Shown here: piece after piece, positions 13,337-25,052 of the stretch | Position numbering within the stretch: the stretch's first letter is position 1 | Layout of the letters: every line of letters starts with the position of its first letter | Assembly (NCBI GenBank): GCA_051294905.1 | Contig: CM119373.1 | Location: forward strand, 8,804,001-8,868,000 | Reading direction: 5' to 3' | Origin: Botryllus schlosseri | Taxonomy: Eukaryota | Length of the DNA: 64,000 nt | The notes under the pieces: generated by a model | Seen by the model: the letters and a program-made list of their open reading frames with translations, nothing else | The model's database searches: none | What the model was told of the DNA's origin: nothing | Made by a program: the position numbers and the translations under genes

Positions 13337-14050
13337 CCATTGCATTGCGCTTTTTCGCAACCGGACATTTTCAACTGTCCGATATGGACCTTGCCGGCGT
13401 ATCTCTAGGCATACGGCACGTAGGAGCGTTCAGCGTGTGGCGAAGGTTATAGCAAAACCTCGAATCAGTTTTTATGAAATCCATGCACGACGCCACGAAG
13501 ATTAAATCACAACTCTATGAAATTAAAATATTTCCTGGGGTTGTTGGAGCTAAATATTTCCTGGGGTTGTTGGAGCTATTGACTGTACCCACATCCCCAT
13601 TGTCTCCCTCGGTGGAGATAACGCGGAGACGTTCCGTAATAGAAAATGATTCATGTCCTTGAATGTTCAAGTCGTTTGTAGTGCGGAGCGAAAAATAACA
13701 AATATTGTTGTGCGTTGGCCGGGCTCGTGCCACGACTCCAGGATATACCGAAATTCCGGAATGGCTGACGATTTTGAAGACGGTAACATTGAAGGATTTC
13801 TGTTGGGAGACAACGGTTACCCTCTATTGAGTGCTTCTTACTCCCACATTAAACCCCCCAACAGAACGGAAGATGCTAACCAAGCGTACCCACATAATCA
13901 CTCGCGCAAGGATAAAGCAATGTTTCGGAGTGATGAAGCAAAGATTTCGAGCTCTCAGAATCCCCCCGAGAACAAAATTACACGGTAGAATCGGTATAAT
14001 AATTGTTATCGCGTGTCTTCATGATGTAGAAGTGTCTTTGAAGCAACCAT
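13337..14050 (+). pseudogene. HARBI1-like nuclease remnant related to the 6199-7218 gene
   Basis: LRFFATGHFQ, GAIDCTHIPI, SLNVQVVC, RWPGSCHDSRIY, LLGDNGY, RIKQCFGVMKQRFR. Stops, frameshifts and a 26-bp duplication at about 13547-13598. Confidence 0.88.
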
Positions 14051-14655
14051 TAGGAAAGTGCCTAAATAGTTCCAACGTGACAAGCTAAAACCGGTGGCAA
14101 ATAACATGAAAATGAGCCAAAATTCAGAAATTTGGCTCCCAAATGCGCCATCGGTAACACTGCATACCACATTTCCAGTATGCGTTGCTGAGACACGAGA
14201 CTTCATCATTGTTATTTTGTTGATTACGGACAATCGGAGTATACACCTACGGTTCATTGCGAGAGTCTTCTAACAATTGGCTCTCGTGCATTCGCTTCCA
14301 GGACGTATTGGCGGTAGGACGTGTTCGCTAGACAGCTCGAGTCTTCTGACTGGTAATAGCGTATCGTCGCGTTTGCTGAACATGAATGTATTGCGGTTTG
14401 CGAGAATATATGGTAACAGCCGTTGGCTCAGTGTGTCTATGTCTTCCATCTCTTATTACATACTACCTGGTTGTGTGCGCTGTGGCGCGTTTCTGGCCAC
14501 CCGCTCGTACCTATTTTACGTGCAAACATCATGAATCTGTTAAATTCTCAGGTTGAATAAACTCCTCCAACAAACAAACGACCAAAAAGATTTGGGTATC
14601 TTTGAGCTCCCGATTGGGAGTTTTAGGTGCGGCAGTTACGGTCCTGGTAGATCGT

Positions 14656-15236
14656 ATAACTCTAGAATGTAAACGTGGAAAGGCAGCGACCGATTTTGCA
14701 GCCTCGTTCCGCTTCACTGACGATTTACTCAGACTTATTTTACGGCAGCTACTGTAGGATTTATGGCAATCCAAAAGTCGTCTTCCAGAGTGCAGAATTA
14801 CCTGAATCTGGTATTGATCGAAAGCTACTCACACTGACTCCGAAAATGTAAATGAAAATATGATCAGGCACTGAACCGCTTAGAATTCGCCCTTCAAGTC
14901 TGAATTATCGGCATTTTCCGAACAATCGAAGAGCCGCAATGGGTCATTGTTGTGCGTTCATCCGATTGTTCTGAACAATGCAAATTTTAGATGTTGAGGG
15001 TGATTTGTCATCTAAGTACGGAGCCTGACCGTATTTTGATTGATATTTTCGGAATCAGTGCGACAGTAGCTTTCGATCAAGACCAGATTCAGTAAATTCT
15101 GAGGTCTGGAAGACAACTTTTGGATTGCCATAAATCCTACTGTAGCTGCCGTAAAACAAAGTAAAGCTTCAGTGAAGCGGAACGTAGCTGCAAAATCGGT
15201 CGCTGCCATTCCACGTTTACATTCTATAGTATAACT
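14656..15236. repeat. ~580-bp imperfect palindrome (foldback, MITE-like)
   Basis: Left arm tctagaatgtaaacgtggaaaggcagcgaccgattttgcag... is the reverse complement of right arm ...ctgcaaaatcggtcgctgccattccacgtttacattctatag. Centre near 14945. Confidence 0.85.
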
Positions 15237-16218
15237 CTTGTGTATATTAATATGGCCGCTGTTCCGCTCACGTCGCGAAACCCAATAACCTAATCCACTG
15301 TGTGATTGCGGTTTTACTTGCACAATGGTGCGGGTTGGGGCTGGGCCAGCTTCAAACAATTCTTTGGTGAAAGGAATACTGCACAGGTGTGGAGAAAGAA
15401 TATATTTCAATGTTTATGCTGTACAATGTAAATATAAGATGTCCTGTATCTACTGAAGTTGCGATGTCAGAACATTCAATCCGATGGTACAATGATTTCA
15501 AGGCCAGAAATTTTAAACCGACTCCAAACATTAATGTACGTACCGCTAAATCCTCAATTCATTACGATTCGTTGCGGTGGTGCCGTATACTTTGATAGGA
15601 AGTTGAATTGTTAGTAAATTGCGATTATGGCTATTTTTATATTACATCAGTACGACCTGCCAAGGTACCGTACATCTACATCAAATACACTTCTGTCCGA
15701 GTTTAATGGACACCCCTTTCAACGGCATACGACCCTGCTCGAATACTGGTCACTTCAGCACTAACTTCAAGTACATATTCGTTGCCGTTAGCCGTAGGTT
15801 GTTGTAGCCGGGGGATAAAAGCCTTCGTTTCCCCTCCCATTTTCGACTTGTAGATTTTGACTCCATACGTGCCATTACGATCTATCAGAGTCGGATGAAA
15901 AACTCAAGGTAGCCCACGTATAACGTGATAGTATGAATATATATTTTTGAATGAATAACATAACAAATATACCCAAATTTTCACTAGTTCTACAATATTC
16001 CAAATAGCTCTGTGGACCACCTCAAATGCTCCTGTGGTCCACCAGTGGGCATGGCCCATCCTTTGAGAACCCCTGGTCTATACTCATGAGCATATTTCAA
16101 TAACAGGTACACACAGATGCATTATATATAACAAAACGACTAAACTTGTAGCAGCGTACTATGCAGTATAATTCTCAACATGTATCTCTTTTAATGTATA
16201 TGTCCTGCAGTCAAGTTG

Positions 16219-16340
16219 TGATATGGTGGAGTCACACCGACACCTGAGTATCATGTGGTGTAATATGGTGGAGTCACACCGAAACCTGAGTATCATGTGG
16301 TAATATGGTGGAGTCACACCGACACCTGAGTATCATGTGA
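16219..16340. repeat. ~40-bp minisatellite, 3 copies
   Basis: Unit gtaatatggtggagtcacaccgacacctgagtatcatgtg. Confidence 0.9.
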
Positions 16341-16949
16341 TAGCAAGGTGCGTTTGTTGAAGATTCTCTCGTTCCCCGGCCTCTGTCTCATCGAGCAATG
16401 AACACGAACACCGCTTATGTGGGTGTGGAGCGCACGGTACCCGAGAATAGTGTCTCCTTACCGAGTCGCTGGTGCTTTCATTGGTTCTGATTGTTACGCC
16501 CACTGTCTACTGGCTTCAATGTAGAAGTCTAAGTTTGGGAGCGGTGCCCCGTCTCAAACCTCTGGCGCGGGGCCTCTGCGCGAATATACGATGTGGCCCG
16601 CGAGCCACGGGTTGGGCGGCCCTGTGATAGACTATGCTCGGAGACGTCATGTCTAGACTCAATAAAATATGGGACCAATATTACTCTCGTCATTATTACA
16701 TCACAAAATCGTGTCATTTCAAGAGCCGCGTGTTTGAGACCTCTGTTCTAGGTCAATGAGCTAAAATGTGTAGAGGCATCTGCTTGTGATTATGGCTACT
16801 TGACTAGCCCTATTGCAATCTCTGGTCTTGCTTATGTCTGGTATGATAAAGTCCTATTCAGCCATTGACGAAAGTGTTTCATCGTTCATTTATTAGGATA
16901 AACTGCTTTTAGCAGGAATCTGTATGCGCGTCAGCCGTGTCAAGTCCAA

Positions 16950-18240
16950 TCAAAACAAGGCATCTTTGAGCGTGTCCCGTACACGAATGCCAGACTCCAG
17001 ATCAGCACTTTCAATGCTGGTATCTTCGATATCGTCCTCCACTACGTCTGTAGGTGGCAACTCTGCGTAGTCCATGTTCTCTTCACAGAAGTTGTGCAAT
17101 GAGATGCATGATGCTATCTGCAACCGAGCATTTTCGGGCTAAGCATCACACCTCTTCAACGAACAGCGCCAACGGTGCTTCAACCGTCCAAATGCCTGCT
17201 CCACTACTCGTCTTGCAGAACATAACTTCTAAAAATATACTTGAGCTTATAGCCTAGTGAAACATAACAACATATCAGGCTTGTATTTACCTTGTTGAAA
17301 TATTCCTCAGATGGGCTACTGGGGTTGCTGTAAACTTTCATCACCCATGGGCGCAAAGGATAGGCGCTGTCAGCAACTATGTAGTTATGATCAGTCGTGC
17401 GCAGGGCTCTAAATAGCTCAAGGTTAAAGGACCTACCTACTGGTGGAAATAAATTGCCGTGATCTCCTTTGATGCAAATGGGCGAGTTCAAGAACATTCT
17501 AGCGTCATGCACCTTACCTGAATGTGTGATAAAATCAAATTGTATGAGAAAATTGAAGAGTCAAATTATATAGCTAACTGTTCCTTTTCCACAGGCTAGG
17601 CTTCAAAAATAATTACTAGGACTTACCGGGCCATCCTATGACAACATCCAAGAATCTGAAAGTTTGGACTTGGCATAGATGGACAAGTGAACAAACTAAA
17701 CATTATCAAGTTATTTCTCACCTCCCGTTGGAGTCTGTTACAGCTTGAATGTTGATTGAATATCTACCCTTGCGATTGAAATAGTCAGGTCCATTGACTG
17801 TTGGTTTGGGGATGCTTATGTGGAAGCCGTCCACGGCACCAACGCAATTTGGAATGCCCTTGTCAATACAGAATGCTATGGAGGTAGCTCTAGGGTTGGC
17901 AGGTATCCTCACAAAATCTTTCATCATATGATTTACAATGGTAACACACACATCCATGGTTATCTGTTGTAAACAAAACCTAGTTGAACTATTGACTACC
18001 GTACTCCCGATGCAAAGATCAAATCATATTTACGTTGAAAACTGTGGACTTTCCAAGACCGAAGTATTCACCAACACTGCGGTAACTCATGTCACTACCA
18101 AGACGACATAGGGCGATGGCAACACGACAAGACACTGACACCGGTTTCTTGAAGTTGGTTTGCTTTTATGACAAGCTTTCGCGTAGGTGCTCAAGTAGTA
18201 CGTTGAATGTGTCTCTGAAATGTGAAGTTATGTAGGCTCA
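16950..18240 (-). pseudogene. Multi-exon HARBI1-like Harbinger nuclease, degenerate
   Basis: RVAIALCRLGSDMSYRSVGEYFGLGKSTV, PNCVGAVDGFHISI, YFNRKGRYSINIQAVTD, HDARMF, IVADSAYPLRPWVMK, RRVVEQAFGRLKHRWR, SLHNFC. Several GT-AG introns and stops. The 5' limit is approximate. Confidence 0.85.
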
Positions 18241-19599
18241 GAACAGTCCCTTGGAATATTACTGTTGACTAATTCATCTTTATTGGATATCTTATCGTAC
18301 ACCATAGGTATATATGTGCTTTTTGATGATAAAATATATTCACTTTCTCAGACGCAAATGGCGTTAGTAATCAGCCTCTTCCCGTAAATTGAGAGCTCTC
18401 TCCCAATAGCCACAGTTAGGCTTCGGTCGTTCTCGGCGAAGCGACATATTATTTTTCATTGCAGCTAGGCGAGTTCTATTGCTCATGACCATATCTTCGC
18501 TGCGAATAATTGATCGCATCCTTCTTCGTGATTTTTTACGTAAAATTGAATAATTTTTTACGAAAAATTGAATACAAGTATATTTTCTTACGACTCATAA
18601 TCATAAACACTGTAACCTGTAAGTACCTTATGCTCTGATTAATTGCTTCGTAGCAATCACGAAGAGGTTCCTTACGCATACATTGATCAACAAACAAACG
18701 TGAGCAGACCACTTATCAGGTTCGCACAACTGCGCTGGGCTATACCATATAGGCACTTTCCTTCATTAATAGAATTCAATCTTCCAATACTGTGATATGA
18801 ACGGGGAAGCTTCGCGCCAAACGGCGTCAAACTTTTCTCCTCAAAATCAGTGCGTTCATTTACCCGCCAATTGTGACGTCGATGTCAAAACCAATGCGTT
18901 CACCGTCACGTTGCGAAGTTGGATTGCGTTCACATTGCTGGTTTTCGTACCAGGTTTTCACAATCACTCGTGGCGAAACCACACCATGAACGCAGCCTAA
19001 GCCGAGGTGGATGTTAGTCTGAAAGATCGCAACTGCGTGTCGTTTGGCATCCTCCTATCTGTTCATTACATCGCTTTGTGTCTTGTCGCATTGTACATTG
19101 TGTGTGTCTTGATCAGTTGAAAATGTAACTCAACGATTACACTTACACAATGATGACGGCACCACTCACCCACCGTAAAGGATAGTTTACACTGGGATTG
19201 CCGTATATATGGGTTTGAGTGGCTAGTGCTAGCAGGTATGTGCTGTACGTACAGTATACAATGATAAGTTATATGAAGGGTAGGGTTTATCTAACAACGC
19301 AGTAGCACATGTCTACGTCGAATTATTGGAGCAGCGACAAGAGCACTTACACTACCACTGCTACAAAGACCGTCGTAATATTATCTATCTTCCCTACCAG
19401 CTTAGTGGGTTACCCACGTGGTACCCCATAAAATACCTCTGTTATATGGGGCCAAAAAGGTACGGGAGCCGTTTGGTTTCCCCGCTTGGTTACCACATTT
19501 CATCCAAGCTTGTTACCTCGCGGTACCAAGTAGTCGTGCTACCTGGGATGGTATATTGCACCAGGCCGATATTCTTCATTATTTTCCGTAACTGGTGAC

Positions 19600-19770
19600 T
19601 TATACACGGCCCACGTCTAGGCTTTTTGTAAGACACCGCTTGCGCGGATCAGGTGGCGAGGAAAGGCCTAGGTAACCTCCAACAGTTAGGTATCGGAATT
19701 GTGAAGTCGGACTCGAACCCGGACCCATTGGTGTTGCAGCCGCGGACTATACCACTGCGCTCTCTCTCCG
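19600..19770 (-). mobile_element. tRNA-derived SINE
   Basis: Minus strand has an A-box-like gcgcagtggtatagt and B-box gggttcgagtcc, followed by about 100 nt of non-tRNA body. No closing acceptor stem. Confidence 0.65.
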
Positions 19771-21435
19771 CGTAAGGTCTTTGTAATGTCCGCGTAAAAA
19801 AAAAACGAGAGTAAAGAGGCTCTTTACGCGACGAGCAAACGAGAGAAGAGCAGAGAAAGGAAAGAAACTACAAAAATACTTTACGCAACTGTGCTCTACG
19901 CTTTACGTACCCGATACCGTTGTCAGAAACCTGTAGGCTGCTTTCCCGACTGTAAATAATGGCTACAAGGTACTCTACTTAGACCGCGAGTTCGTTAAAG
20001 GATGAACTAAAACTTTGGAAAGCTTCTACGAAAGGGAAGAAGGCCGATTTGATAACTAGGTGAGCATATGGGAAGCATTCAAATCATGTATGCTACCGGC
20101 ACAGCGTGACAGTGACAGCATCACGAGGTATGCCTTTTATGCTGACTCGTACGCATGCAATAACTTCATTGAAATACAACTACCACCCGTCAGCTTGCAA
20201 AACAGCAGCGCAAAGGCCCCTTGATCTAACGTTTAGAGCAGATTATTTTAGTTTCATTCCGTGTGCAATGTGCACGACCCCACTTTACCAGACCTAGGTC
20301 CACTGGACCGTCCAGGTTGGTGGCTAATTTGAAAGAATACTCGAAATTCTGCCGCGATCTTGTCTTTTAATATGATGAAATTCTTAACACTAATACTGAT
20401 ACTCATACTGGGGCTCCAAATATTGAATACTATTATCCTGATTTCTACCGTTTTTTATTCGCAGACTCAACGCATATGATAGAAACTGCAATTTTCAGTT
20501 TCACACTACCAACCAGTCAACATATCTGCGAACCAAAAGACCACTCAATCATATTTGTTTGGCCCAAGGATGGTTATCCAAGCGTAGCAGAAACGGACTT
20601 TTTACCAAAAATAACAACGAAACACGTAGAAAACTATTTTAATATGAGATACGAAAGAGGAAGGATAGTTGGAGACGTAAAAGCTATGGTTTCTGTATTT
20701 AAGGTCAAGGCGTGTTAAGCATTGGACATTGCCACAGATGTTTTTTTCATTGGCATTGTTGCTGCTGAAATGAAGAGGCATGTCTTATATAATGTTGAGG
20801 CAAGAATGGCACGAGAGTCATTTTAAATGCGGAATGCGAGTGTCCTTGCGGAATGCGAGTGTCCTTGAGTAAAAGGACCTACATGGTCCTGTAAGCACTT
20901 GACATAAAGGTAACATAGCTTTTTCACAATCTCACTCTGAAACATTTGGTTTTTGATTCTGTCTTTTAATCTGAAAAAGTAAACGCAAACAGAAATAGCA
21001 ATGCAATCTGAACTCCTATGATAGACTTGACCCTCAATGACCATCAATATTTAAATTTAGGTAAAATTTCAAAAATGCAAGAATATTCACCTCCGTCTGT
21101 TACAACTGCACCATTTGAAACCAGCAGCAATTATCGGAACCATGCACGGTCTACATTTCTGCAGTACTGTACCACTATCTCAAAAGATCTGGCTATAAGA
21201 TATGTATATGGCAAAGCAGATCTTCGACAAGCAGCTATGGACCATGATTGCTTGGAATTGCCATTCACCGAATACTGGATTGATCGTTGCTTGAAAGTGA
21301 GTGAATAAGGTGTATGTTACTGAGAAAGCCTGTAAAAGCCAAGACATTCTGGTTTAATTATAAAACGTCTAAACATACGTATGGCAGTAGAAATTTCAGA
21401 CGAGACAAATTAATTTTATGAATGACCATCTAAAT

Positions 21436-21756
21436 CAGTGGTTCCCAACCTTTTTCGACCCGTCGCCCCCTTTTCAAGCTCAACACCGACCATCGCCCCC
21501 CAAATTTTGTGTACCGAAAATTGGGCATACAATCTGTAATCACCGGCGGGTTGACTAAAAAAAAAAGGTCAACTTTACGGCTCGAAGCCTAATTTGACAC
21601 TTTTGTAACTAAATTTAAAAAAAAGGTCAGCTGATTTGACGCGTCATCGCCCCCCTACCGCTATTTTCGCCCCCCCGTCGCCCCCTTTGTCCATTTTCGC
21701 CCCCTTCGTCATTTTCGCCCCCTAGAACGCCAAATCGCCCACGTTGGGAACCACTG
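21436..21756. mobile_element. Non-autonomous hAT MITE
   Basis: TIR cagtggttcccaac / gttgggaaccactg, perfect 8-bp TSD atctaaat, internal tcgccccc repeats. Confidence 0.92.
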
Positions 21757-21934
21757 ATCTAAATAGATCACTCAGGAGGAAGCGCAACAAATTCAAGAAA
21801 AGACATTACCGCAGACTGAATGCAAAAAATGGCACCGAGACAGAGAGTGGAGAAGTACTGCACCACGATTTGGGGAGGTTATAAAGGCAACAAGCGGGAG
21901 AAATATTGAATTACTGTGTGAGGATATTTTGGCC

Positions 21935-23140
21935 TCCAGGTCATGCTTCACATAAAATCTTAGGTCAGCAAGGGCGTTGGTGACCGGGTCCCCGATGTTG
22001 CGTAGTGTCAGTTGCGTCAGGGCCAGGTAATTGAACCCCCCCCCCCAGAGGGGCTGGGACAAGTAAGGCTTTTCGCTGGTTCTCCCCAAGTCCCTCCCGC
22101 TGTTCAAGGACAATAGAATCAATGTCAGAGTTTAACGTCATGTGGAACGCGTGTTCCATGTGCTCCGCTGCTCTGAGGTGGTAATAATAGTACATGAGGA
22201 CAGAGGAAAGCCCTTGATTAATGGACTTCGTAGCAGTGGTCGCCAGTGTTGAAATTTCTGACCGAGTCTCGTCCACAATCTTCTCACTCCACAGCCGCAT
22301 GGAACTCACAGCTTTGTACCCTTGACCTAAGAGGCTGCCCTTGTGGAACAGTCGCTTGCTATAAACGAATGTTGAAGAAGAGACCATCGTCTCCTCCTTC
22401 TTGAGGTGTTGGCCGCGTGCGGCAAGGACTTCACTGAGTCGCTGTGCGAAAAGCTCAGCTTGGTGGGCTATATCCTCCCGCACCTCATCCGAGTTCGTAT
22501 TGGGAGGATATTGCTTGGTGACCGCAACACATTGATTGTCTCCCTGGAGGATAGCCATGACACGGAGGCCCAACTCGGCAGCCACTCTCTTGCACATGAT
22601 GATACTATCGATCGTCCACATTTTCTGACATAAACCTTCGATACCCCCTTGTGGGTGGTGGATTATCAGGTGATCACCAGGCATTTCACGCAATGGTGTA
22701 GTCTGCGTTCTTCGGCGGTGCAAACGGATCTACCACCAGAACAGAATGTGAGATCAGAAACTCTGGAAGCCAGTTAAAGAACTGTTTTACACCAAATAGT
22801 TCATTCAAGACATCGGCCGTCATTTCAGTGGCCTCTCCCTTCATCTGCAGACAGTACTTAGTGATATCCGATGTTAGGTAGGCTCCCGCGGTGATAAACT
22901 TTTCCCCAGGCTCCGGTCTGATTTGACTCAAAGATGTCATCTTGATGTTGTGGAGCATGGTGTCTCGTTCTGATTTGACCATCCCATTTTCCTCCATCAG
23001 AGGGCAAATATGTTTTGCCAAGGCAGCCTCTCCTATCACCTGCGCACCCCGGAGCTCCTCATTTAATTTCCCGAAGACCCTTGGTGTGTCCTTCTTCACT
23101 TCATACTATAAGTTAGGAGGAGATCAGGGTCCGTTACAAA
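21935..23140 (-). pseudogene. L: Endogenous viral element: Mononegavirales L-protein RdRp core, paramyxovirus-like
   Basis: Joined frames read DPDLLLTYSMK/EVKKDTPRVFGKL...AQVIGE...ENGMVK...AYLTSDITKYCL (motif A)...LNELFG..FFNWL...VVDPFAPP...HPQGGIEGLCQKMWTI (B)...ILQGDNQ (C)...GQHLKKEETMVSS (D)...WSEKIVDETR...VPAPLGG/FNYL...RNIGDPVTNALADL. Three frameshifts (about 23100, 22700, and the G-run at 22036-22046) and no in-frame stops. Confidence 0.95.
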
Positions 23141-24813
23141 CCTATAGCAATTGAAGCTTTCACAACTGTAACCGGCATAGAGGCAGCACCGTGTGGACTA
23201 TTTATTAATTCCAGGTATCCATATCTTGGCGCAACTCCCGATGCAAAAATTTCACCAGATGGCCTTGTTGGAAGTGAAATGCCCATACAATGGCCGGAGT
23301 AGCCATATCACAGTAGCTTCAATCAAGTTATTCCCATTTCTTGCAATCAAAATTCAGAATATTGAGCTGAAAAGAAACCACAATTATTATTACCAAATAC
23401 AGGGCCAACTCGGATTGTCAGATAGAAACTGTTGCTATTTCGTTGTTTACACTTTCAATGATTTATTTATAGAAAAAATTAAAATTACACTTGATAAACA
23501 TTTCTTTGAGAATAATTGGAAGCCCTTCCATTCAGCAGAGGCCTATCCATCCAGCAAAGTTTCTGTGTTAGGATTGGTTTTATATTCTATCAATTTTTAT
23601 TCACCTGAGAAAACAAAATAACAGAAAATCACTAGAGCTAAAATTCTTAGAAACAACTCAAATATGAAAGTATATGCTAGGCGTTTTCCTCTGCAATACA
23701 TTTCCTCAAATTCACAAGCGAGAATACGATATATACAATCTGCGAACACAGTCTAAGCCAGGGGTGGGCAAACTACGGCCCGCGAGAGTCTAAAAAAACT
23801 AATTAAATATATTGATAAAATGCGTACTAAAAATCTAATTAATGCAGGGATTTATACTTTTTTAGTATATTTCACCATGATAATTCTACGGCAGTGGTTC
23901 TCAGACTGGGTAAGGGGGGCACGACCCCTTGTGGGCGTGAAAGCGTCTGAAGGGGCGCGAAGTTGAGCTCAACTTGAATTTTTTCTGCTGCTGCAATTTG
24001 TGAAAATGTAATAAGCTTCCATCAAGTACGTATGTAGACCAGGCGGGGGCATAGAATGTAGAAGGACAAGAAGTGCGAGGTCATTGTGTCGTCATTTCAT
24101 TGTTACGTAGGACGTCCGTTATTTTGGTCCTGAAGCTGCAGTTGTCTATCGTTGATTTGCCTATTACCCCGCTCTTTGGTTGTATTGAAATTGACTTTTC
24201 GAACGATTTCTCCCTCTTTATTCATAAAATCCAAGTAATACTGTTTAATTTATAATCTTACTATTTTTCTGAAACGAACCCTAACCAGAGAATATACCCA
24301 AATTAAAAAGCAGGTTCGTTAGAATAAGTTCAAGATTGGTTTCATCACAACACTCACTACAATAATACATTTAGTGTTTGAGTGATATTAAATGTAATAT
24401 TACAATAGATGTTGTGATAAATAAATTAAAAAGCATTGCAATATAACATAAACAACAATCATATAAATTAGTTCGAATATAATGGCAGCATAACGCTATC
24501 AAAGGTACAGTAGGACTAAAGTCATAATAAACATCACCATAAAAATAATACAATAATAATAATAGCTTTCAATACAACATCCATTGCAGTAAAATATTTA
24601 TTCAACTCGAAGACTTTTCGGATGCCTCTTTTCAAGAGTTAACGGCACACTGAAGGGATTTAAGAAGAATGAAAAGCAAAACCAGAAAGTCAAAGTATGA
24701 CGCAACAATCAGAAATTACATACCATGAAGTCCGCAAGAAATTACATACCATGAAGTCCGCAATGTAACAATGGCAACAATAAAAAAACTTCGAACTGTA
24801 CGGTACTATAGTA

Positions 24814-24989
24814 ACATAGCTATTGGAAACTGAACAATAACAAATACGAATTAGAACGCACTAATGGGAAATTTGTAAGTTGTACAGAAAATCTTTTTGT
24901 CTACAAAAAGATTTTCTGTACAACTTATAAATTTCCTATTAGTGCGTTCTAATTCGTGTTTGTTATCGTTTAGTTACCAATTGCTATGT
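24814..24989. repeat. ~176-bp near-perfect hairpin (arms ~87 bp, 2-nt loop)
   Basis: catagctattggaaactgaac...gaaaatctttttgt ct acaaaaagattttc...gttaccaattgctatg. Confidence 0.9.
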
Positions 24990-25052
24990 GCACACCTATC
25001 TTTAAAGTGAAAAGGTCCTTCCACGTAACGATAAAACAAACAGCAGCTTCGT

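Larger units (their letters stand above)
19959..23621 (+). pseudogene. Spliced SAP-SWIM-YqaJ (lambda-exonuclease-like PD-(D/E)xK) gene of ISL2EU/PHIS type, interrupted by a MITE (in an intron) and an EVE
   Basis: Exon 1 SAP-like SLKDELKLWKASTKGKKADLITR (intron 20060-20464), then RLNAYDRN. SWIM-like AECECP..KGPT.SCKH at about 20830-20900. Exon ending WIDRCLK splices to ITQEEAQQIQEKT...KKWHRDREWRSTAPRFGEVIK (21767-21930). After the EVE it resumes YKPIAIEAF...CGLFI...YLGATPD...LLEVKCPY...HNYYYQIQGQL. Confidence 0.8.

Noticed and set aside
16219-16340. CRISPR-like array
   Set aside because: Contiguous tandem units with no unique spacers, in a eukaryotic context with no cas genes.
19695-19770. 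Functional tRNA gene
   Set aside because: A and B boxes are present, but the acceptor stem does not pair and a SINE-like body follows.
21793-21935. Continuation of viral L in the tail of ORF 21793..22122
   Set aside because: This part is the antisense of the YqaJ exon. Viral similarity ends near ADLRFYVKHDL.
24600-24660. Penelope-type hammerhead ribozyme on the minus strand (cttgaaaagaggcatccgaaa...aataaa)
   Set aside because: The core deviates from CUGANGA, stem III does not pair convincingly, and there is no Penelope ORF nearby.
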